This document shows positions 58,074 through 64,000 of a stretch of DNA of 64,000 nucleotides, piece after piece; within the stretch, counting starts at the first letter, position 1; every line of letters starts with the position of its first letter. The stretch lies in the IMG/VR virus record IMGVR_UViG_3300046331_000190; one strand, given 5' to 3'. The DNA is from an uncultured virus (IMG/VR IMGVR_UViG_3300046331_000190). Lineage: Duplodnaviria; Heunggongvirae; Uroviricota; Caudoviricetes. The notes under the pieces are model-generated. The model was not told the origin of the DNA. It made no database searches and worked only from the letters and a program-made list of their open reading frames with translations. A program made the translations under genes and the position numbers.

Positions 58074-61000
58074 TTACTGGTTATTTAATAAATCTCCTAA
58101 TGTAACATTACTTTGTTCTTTTGGTACAGCAGCAGTTCTAAAATCTCTTAGTTGCTTATAAGTCTGCATCTTTAACTGTTGTATTTTTTGATATAGTTCT
58201 TCTGGAGCCATTTGGTTATATGGTATCTCTTGTAAAGTACCTTCAACAAAATCGTTTTCACCAGCAATTATAGGTTTACTGTCAGGACCTGTTGCTTGAC
58301 TTAATACTTTCTTATCTATCTTAATAACTAAACCATCTCCTCTTGAGTTCTGTTTTATCATATATCTAAAGCCAGCAGCTTCATCCATTTGATTGCTCTT
58401 TAGAATCTCACCTTGAGTAAGAACCTTTGAGATATAACCAGCTTCTTGAACAGATGGTGCATTCTTTAACTTAATACCATTAGAAAGATTTACTTCAATA
58501 CCTAAACGACCAATAGCAGCAATCGACTTTTCATCTAATATACCACTACCTGACTTACTCTCTTCTTTTAAAAGCTCTTGCTTATAACCAATGATTACAG
58601 AAGGATTACCGTTCTTACCTATTGTTGTATAATCAACACGACCTAATGCATTACCACCATCTCTTGCAGTTGTATTAAAGAAAGTAATAACTTTCTCTCT
58701 ATCAGCACCTAACTGCTCTAACGCATCAATATTAGCAACACCACCGTTACCATCAGCTTGTTCAAAGTTACTACCTGCTAAAGCTTCAGTAACTAATAAC
58801 TGCCCCTTATCTAAAGTATCACGCTTACCATCTGAAGTATAAGTAGTAACCATACCAGCTCTACCCATTCTATCAATGTAGTACTTAGCGTTTGGTACAA
58901 TCTCAGACTGAACAGATTTATACAAGGGAGCTAGTTTTGCAAAGTCATAATCATCTTTAAACTTCGAAATATAACCGCTAACATTATACTCTTCACCAGT
59001 ACTTTTTGATACTACATACTGTCTTCCAGAATGATAGTTTCCTGCTTTATCAGACCATGGTATATCATATTTAACAACACCATCACCTGAATATAGCATA
59101 GATACTAGATCTTTAGTTGATATGTCCTTAGAACTAATACTATATTTTTTACTTGCAATAGATGTAAGTGTGGAAGGATCTAATACTTTATAATTACCAG
59201 GAGTTCCTGTTCTAATAGGAGCATACTTATCATTAGCAAGAGCTTTATTAACTAAATCTTTTTGCTCTTTACTCTGTAAGCCCCATTCATTTATAGCATC
59301 TCTTGATTGCTCTAACTCATTATATATAGCAAGTTCATTATCAGTGGCTTTACCACTCTTGTACTTCTCACTATACTTATTATACATCCAAGACGTAATT
59401 GCGTTAACCACACGAGTTGGTCCAGAAGCATAGTCATACTTAGCATCAGCAGGTATAATACCTTTTTCTTTTAGCTTTGTAAAAATCTCATCTTTGTATT
59501 TAGTTTTTGCAGAAGCAGGAGTAATGCCATCAGCTGCACGTAATGACTTAACAAAATCAGTAGGTAATATACCTTGTAAATCTGCGTCTTTCTCTATAGC
59601 ACTAAAGATATTGTTATATGCTGAGTAACGTTGCTTTGTAACATTGTCAACATATACTTCATATGCATTAGCTTTTGTAATCTGAGCTTGAGTGTTGATA
59701 CCTGTAACCATTGGAGTATCAAACTGAGTCTTTCCTTTTCCTTCTGGAGTAGTATCTTGACCGTTTAAAACACCATCATTACCGCCTCCACCGAAACTAA
59801 TCTGTGGACTACCGTCAGGACCAACACCAAGAATAGCTTTACCTGTCCCACTAAAAGGATATTCTCCTCTTGCAACAGCTTTTGTAAACTCAAACTGTGC
59901 TTTCTTAAGATCAAGATCTTCAAGCTTTACTCTTAAATCATCAGTTGCAAAAAAGGCATCATTCTTCTTAACATCTTGTTTAATGGCAGAAGCTAATGCG
60001 TTTGCAATATCGTTCATCTTCTTCATCTTACCATACTGGGTAAAATAAACAGGACCGTTTGCTGTAACACCTCTAAGATTAGACTCGTAGTTTTTATCAA
60101 TATCAGTTAAACGCTCATCATAATCAGAGATCTGTTTACCATACTGTTTTTTAGCTTCTTCTAGTTCTCTATACTTCTGCATTAAAGCTGTAGAATTATT
60201 AGCAGTTACTTTAGTCTTCTTAAGTTCTTCTAACTGTGAATCAATACCAGCAATGTTTGCTGTAAGTTCTACTTTACCGCTCTCATAAGTCTTTCTTGTA
60301 TCTGCAAGATAATCTTTACCAATCATCTGTTTTGCTTCCATCTCAGATACCCCAAACTGACCCATCTTCTCTTTTACAGAACGCTCATGAGCAACCGTCA
60401 TCTCCATTCGTAGATAATCATCATACTCTGGTTTCCAGTTAGCTTGAATAAAGTTCTTATAAGATGTTAAAGACTTAACACCATTTGTAGTAGTTACTAT
60501 CTGTGGCCCAGATGCATCAACTGTTTGTACTTCAAACCCAGCATCTTTACGTAGCTTTTCAATATCTCCCATAATATTCTGAGATCTAATGAATCGACGT
60601 TGTTGTACTTTAGCAAAGTCCTCTTCTGATCTATTTGCTGTACGTAAAGGATCTAAACCATTCTGAATATACTGAATAGCAGTATCACTATATGTAGCTC
60701 TAATCTTTTCGTCTGTTGAATCTCTTGCTGCAAATGCTTTACTTATTTCAGACTGAGCTTGTTTAGTATAAGCCATGTCTCTTAACATAAACTTATCTTG
60801 CCAGAAAGGTGCAAATACAGACTGAGCTTGATCAACATTCTTTCCTTCAGATAAATCCATACTAGATATATCTTTAAGACTTTGCTGTGCTTGCTGTAAG
60901 TATTGAGTTCTTAAGACTTCGTTATTCTGATTAGTTAATGGAGCATTGACAATAGAATCGTTTGCAGCTTTTATTTGATTAAAGCCTTGCTCATACATAG

Positions 61001-61106
61001 CTGACCTCCGTTGTAACAACGTGCCTATTGCTCCAAAGTCTGGAGTAAATAAAGGAAGAGGAGCTATTGCGTTATTCCCTGAAGGATATGGATTTACTGA
61101 TGCCAT
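58074..61106 (-). CDS. Virion cargo protein (1010 aa)
   Basis: In the cargo block; N-terminal FTPDF motif; coiled coils; no Cys seen. Confidence 0.65.
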   Translation of the reverse strand: MASVNPYPSGNNAIAPLPLFTPDFGAIGTLLQRRSAMYEQGFNQIKAANDSIVNAPLTNQNNEVLRTQYLQQAQQSLKDISSMDLSEGKNVDQAQSVFAPFWQDKFMLRDMAYTKQAQSEISKAFAARDSTDEKIRATYSDTAIQYIQNGLDPLRTANRSEEDFAKVQQRRFIRSQNIMGDIEKLRKDAGFEVQTVDASGPQIVTTTNGVKSLTSYKNFIQANWKPEYDDYLRMEMTVAHERSVKEKMGQFGVSEMEAKQMIGKDYLADTRKTYESGKVELTANIAGIDSQLEELKKTKVTANNSTALMQKYRELEEAKKQYGKQISDYDERLTDIDKNYESNLRGVTANGPVYFTQYGKMKKMNDIANALASAIKQDVKKNDAFFATDDLRVKLEDLDLKKAQFEFTKAVARGEYPFSGTGKAILGVGPDGSPQISFGGGGNDGVLNGQDTTPEGKGKTQFDTPMVTGINTQAQITKANAYEVYVDNVTKQRYSAYNNIFSAIEKDADLQGILPTDFVKSLRAADGITPASAKTKYKDEIFTKLKEKGIIPADAKYDYASGPTRVVNAITSWMYNKYSEKYKSGKATDNELAIYNELEQSRDAINEWGLQSKEQKDLVNKALANDKYAPIRTGTPGNYKVLDPSTLTSIASKKYSISSKDISTKDLVSMLYSGDGVVKYDIPWSDKAGNYHSGRQYVVSKSTGEEYNVSGYISKFKDDYDFAKLAPLYKSVQSEIVPNAKYYIDRMGRAGMVTTYTSDGKRDTLDKGQLLVTEALAGSNFEQADGNGGVANIDALEQLGADREKVITFFNTTARDGGNALGRVDYTTIGKNGNPSVIIGYKQELLKEESKSGSGILDEKSIAAIGRLGIEVNLSNGIKLKNAPSVQEAGYISKVLTQGEILKSNQMDEAAGFRYMIKQNSRGDGLVIKIDKKVLSQATGPDSKPIIAGENDFVEGTLQEIPYNQMAPEELYQKIQQLKMQTYKQLRDFRTAAVPKEQSNVTLGDLLNNQ

Positions 61107-61108
61107 AG

Positions 61109-61151
61109 TACATTAATAATATACACAAAAATATGTTAAGTTTAAACTTAA
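61109..61151 (-). promoter_or_regulatory. Candidate late promoter plus 16-bp palindrome
   Basis: Minus strand TATATTATTAATGTA (61109-61123); TTAAGTTTAAACTTAA (61136-61151). Confidence 0.45.
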
Positions 61152-61162
61152 ACTTATTGGGT

Positions 61163-64000
61163 TTAACGTTGCCCGAACATTGCTAAGAATGGATTAACAG
61201 CACCCATCATACTTGCTACTTGCTTATCTGGATACCCATCATAGTTACTATCTGTTGTAGTTCTAGTTGATTTACCAGAGAGTTGTGATTCTGCCCACTT
61301 CTCAGCCATTGCTTGTGGCATGCCTAATGTTTTAGTTGCATAAGCTAACAAATCAGGATATGTATTCATACCTGCAGCAGAACTACCAGTTGTTGAGTTA
61401 AAAGGATTCTTACCACCTTTAAACGTCGCTCTACCAGTAATAGGATCCATTGCATAGTACGGATTAGATTTGTTAACCATATCAAGCATTGATCTATTCA
61501 TAAATGCATTCTGATATGCAGCTAATGTTTGCTTATCAGCAGCATCTCTCATTGAGAAGTTCTCTAAGTTATACTTATTAACCATCTCGCCTAACATATT
61601 AGCAGCTTGTGCTCTTTGTGCTAAGTTTTGATTTTCAAGTGCAGTGTTTGTAGCATTAACTTGATTAGCAATGCCAACGTTTTGCATATTTGTTGCAGCT
61701 CCGATGTTTGATATAGCTTCTAGTTGCTTACCTGCTATTTGACTAGCACCTGCAAGATTAGCTTGTGGTCTACCAAATGTACGTAGTCCTTGATTCTGCA
61801 TGTTAGCTTGTTCAGCAACTGCAGCATACTGTCTTGTAGGATCAGCAAATGCAGCTTCTTGTTTTACATAATCTGGAGCTTGAACAAATGGAGTCATTGT
61901 TGGAACACCAGCTCTTGTAAATAAAGATTGTAGCATTGCTAACTTATCAGGAGTCATGTAAGAAAACTGATCTTTTGCCGGTTTTGCTTTTTGTGCTACA
62001 GCTTGTTGTTGTGGAGTTGCAGCTTTTACTGGAGCTTTATACTCCTCATCTGTTACATAACCTTGTGGTATAGTACTTTGTGACTCATCAGGTAACTGAA
62101 ACTGCTCGTTAGGATCTATTTCAGTAGGAAAGTAAGGGTTAACGTTTTGTTTTTTCAACTCTTCGTTTTTAAACTGATCCCAACGATATCCAAGTTTAGA
62201 ATCAAACATACCTCCAGTTGGTTGTCCATACTGTTTATGTAACTCGTTGATTCTTGCTGCTCTTGCTGGATCTTGCATAATAAACTTTTGTAAAGCAAGA
62301 TTATCACCAGAAGGTCCATTGTATCCAATAGATGCAGCATACTGATCCCATGAATTACTTGGAAACTTAGATGCATTCTTTACACCAGAATACTTATCAC
62401 CAGGCCAAGATTGGAATCCTTTTACTTCACCACGTTTTTGATAATCAATAAGGCCGCCATATGCCATATTAGATGTAATCTTTTCTTGAACGTAATCTGG
62501 TAAAGCTTTGAAGCCTGGGTTATTAATACCACCTTCTTGATACCATGCATTACCTGAGAATGTTGAACCACCACGCTTTTGGTATTCCATAGCTTCTGGT
62601 GATTGCTCCATACCTTGAGGCTCTTGCATTCCTTGTAACTGTTCTGCAATCTCTGGAGGTAAAGCCATCATAGCAGCTTGAGGGATACCTTGAGGGAATC
62701 CTTTCTTTGCTTCTTGAGCTAACGCTAACTGGGCAAGTTTTAACTTGTTGTTGTTCATCATCATCTCAGCAGTACGTTTCTGATACTGATCTGCATTTGG
62801 ATCTGCTAAGATAGCTTTATATTTGTTTATTTCATACTGTTTAGCTAAATCAGCAGGAGTATATCCTTTGCTTGAACCAACAGATTTACCAAACTGAGCT
62901 AAAGCTTGACCTTTTAACTTCATGCTTTTTGTATCAGAATAGATGAATGTACCTGGCTGCAAGTTTAACGGAGTACCACCTTGAGAGTGACGCTTACCGC
63001 CAATCTTTGAATGCTCCATCTCACCATCATTATCTAAGTCACCATAGGCAGTTTCACCACGCTCAGCTTCTAGATTAGCCATATCTCTTGGTACAGCTTG
63101 TAATGTATCCTTAACAGCATATGGATCTGGTTGACCCATCTCGTTATCAATAATACGAGAACCAAGGTCTAAACTATGACCATATTGACCACCGTAAGCC
63201 ATCATCTCACCACCTTCTTCTCTACCAATCATATTTTGTGGCATATAGAAAGGACGCTTTGAATCCCAACCATCACCCATCTGATCACCAGGGATTCTGT
63301 TACGAGTCCAGTTTGGTATATTAGTGACTACAGGTGTTTGCTTCTTACCTTTTTTTGCAGGCAAGTTTGGATAGAATACAGGACCTTGGATTATAGATTC
63401 CCAAACAGTTGGAGCATCATCCCAACCATCTCCATAGTTTGCAGCACCAACAAAAGGTTGTGGGATATATCTAATACCGCTTGCAGGAAGAGGTCCTTGA
63501 TCTTCCCAAGAGTTATCAGGTGCTACAGGTAAAGTAGAACGTTTGTTTTTTTTCACTGGTGCTTTACCCCAGCTATCATCATTGTTAGTAGCAGGTGCAA
63601 TATTACCAGTAGCTCCAAAAGGCTGAGGTATATATCTCATACCACTAGCAGGAGAAGGCATTGGCGTATTCCAAGATGGATCTGTCGCTGTTGGTAATGT
63701 AGATCTCTTATTTGTAGATTGAGGAGCTGCTTGTTCTTTTAATAAAGAAGATAAATCTTGTTGCTTTTTAAGCATCTCAAGCATCTGAAGATTTTGCTCT
63801 GCAGTACCTTTATAGTTTTTAATACCAAGGTTCTGAGCTATCTTCTTGCGAGATTGATAATCAGCATTAGCTGCTTGACCATGAGCCGCTAAATAATCAT
63901 AAACAGAAACATTAGTTGCTGCTTTTGGATATGCTGATTCAATACCTGTTGCCTGAGCCAATAACTCTTCTTGAGTAAACATTGGCTGACCACCAGTTTG
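61163..64000 (-). CDS. Virion cargo protein with DUF3597-like domain; probably 5'-truncated by the window end
   Basis: SVYDYL...SRKKIAQNLGIKNYKGTAEQN; ANLEAERGE; GKRHSQGG; frame stays open from 63982 to 64000 (QTGGQP). Confidence 0.7.
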   Translation of the reverse strand, partial: QTGGQPMFTQEELLAQATGIESAYPKAATNVSVYDYLAAHGQAANADYQSRKKIAQNLGIKNYKGTAEQNLQMLEMLKKQQDLSSLLKEQAAPQSTNKRSTLPTATDPSWNTPMPSPASGMRYIPQPFGATGNIAPATNNDDSWGKAPVKKNKRSTLPVAPDNSWEDQGPLPASGIRYIPQPFVGAANYGDGWDDAPTVWESIIQGPVFYPNLPAKKGKKQTPVVTNIPNWTRNRIPGDQMGDGWDSKRPFYMPQNMIGREEGGEMMAYGGQYGHSLDLGSRIIDNEMGQPDPYAVKDTLQAVPRDMANLEAERGETAYGDLDNDGEMEHSKIGGKRHSQGGTPLNLQPGTFIYSDTKSMKLKGQALAQFGKSVGSSKGYTPADLAKQYEINKYKAILADPNADQYQKRTAEMMMNNNKLKLAQLALAQEAKKGFPQGIPQAAMMALPPEIAEQLQGMQEPQGMEQSPEAMEYQKRGGSTFSGNAWYQEGGINNPGFKALPDYVQEKITSNMAYGGLIDYQKRGEVKGFQSWPGDKYSGVKNASKFPSNSWDQYAASIGYNGPSGDNLALQKFIMQDPARAARINELHKQYGQPTGGMFDSKLGYRWDQFKNEELKKQNVNPYFPTEIDPNEQFQLPDESQSTIPQGYVTDEEYKAPVKAATPQQQAVAQKAKPAKDQFSYMTPDKLAMLQSLFTRAGVPTMTPFVQAPDYVKQEAAFADPTRQYAAVAEQANMQNQGLRTFGRPQANLAGASQIAGKQLEAISNIGAATNMQNVGIANQVNATNTALENQNLAQRAQAANMLGEMVNKYNLENFSMRDAADKQTLAAYQNAFMNRSMLDMVNKSNPYYAMDPITGRATFKGGKNPFNSTTGSSAAGMNTYPDLLAYATKTLGMPQAMAEKWAESQLSGKSTRTTTDSNYDGYPDKQVASMMGAVNPFLAMFGQR
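63410..63715 (-). repeat. Tandem ~50-aa coding duplication
   Basis: NKRSTLP.A.D.SW....P.PASG.RYIPQPF......D.W..AP occurs twice. Confidence 0.8.

Noticed and set aside
40000..63600. Many 60-90-aa ORFs nested in or antisense to the giant genes
   Set aside because: No start signals or motifs; expected by-products of long coding regions
1..64000. Stop-codon reassignment (TAG/TGA), known in some crAss-like phages
   Set aside because: Very long ORFs are intact under the standard code, and TAG, TGA and TAA all end genes at sensible boundaries
1..64000. tRNAs, CRISPR arrays, integrase/att sites, DGR
   Set aside because: No cloverleaf-like intergenic stretch, spaced repeats, recombinase or reverse transcriptase motifs seen by eye; tRNAscan-SE and similar tools were not run

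Overview
This 64 kb window is part of an AT-rich lytic dsDNA phage genome with crAss-like (Crassvirales / phi14:2-like) organisation. The host is most likely a Bacteroidota: there are TTTG-N18/19-TAnnTTTG promoters, start regions lack Shine-Dalgarno sequences, and some proteins carry cohesin-like and T9SS-like features. There are four blocks. (1) 1-16.1 kb (+): early/middle genes, including a metallophosphoesterase, a spore-photoproduct-lyase-like radical SAM enzyme, an HNH nuclease, a DUF6915/DUF6878/DUF6745-like cluster, an SF2 helicase, Ung and a MoxR AAA+/VWA pair. (2) 16.1-27.4 kb (-): late genes, including a fibre protein, an FkbM methyltransferase, a DXD glycosyltransferase, holins, a GH19 endolysin and an 8-gene envelope module with two CsgG-like proteins and a cohesin/dockerin-like protein. 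(3) 27.5-39.9 kb (+): replication and nucleotide genes (DnaB, Sak4-like ATPase, primase, GIY-YIG, PD-(D/E)XK nuclease, PolB, dUTPase, dNMP kinase). (4) 40-64 kb (-): giant virion cargo proteins, including a 2829-aa virion RNA polymerase with a DFDVD motif. Top observations: the three largest cargo proteins contain only four cysteines in about 6000 residues, all at neighbouring termini (a possible head-to-tail disulfide chain); the CsgG/cohesin envelope module; strong avoidance of AATT/RAATTY; and a 3'-UTR 15-mer antisense to the endolysin start region. No tRNA, CRISPR array, integrase or stop-codon recoding was seen. All family calls come from motif recognition by eye, not database searches.
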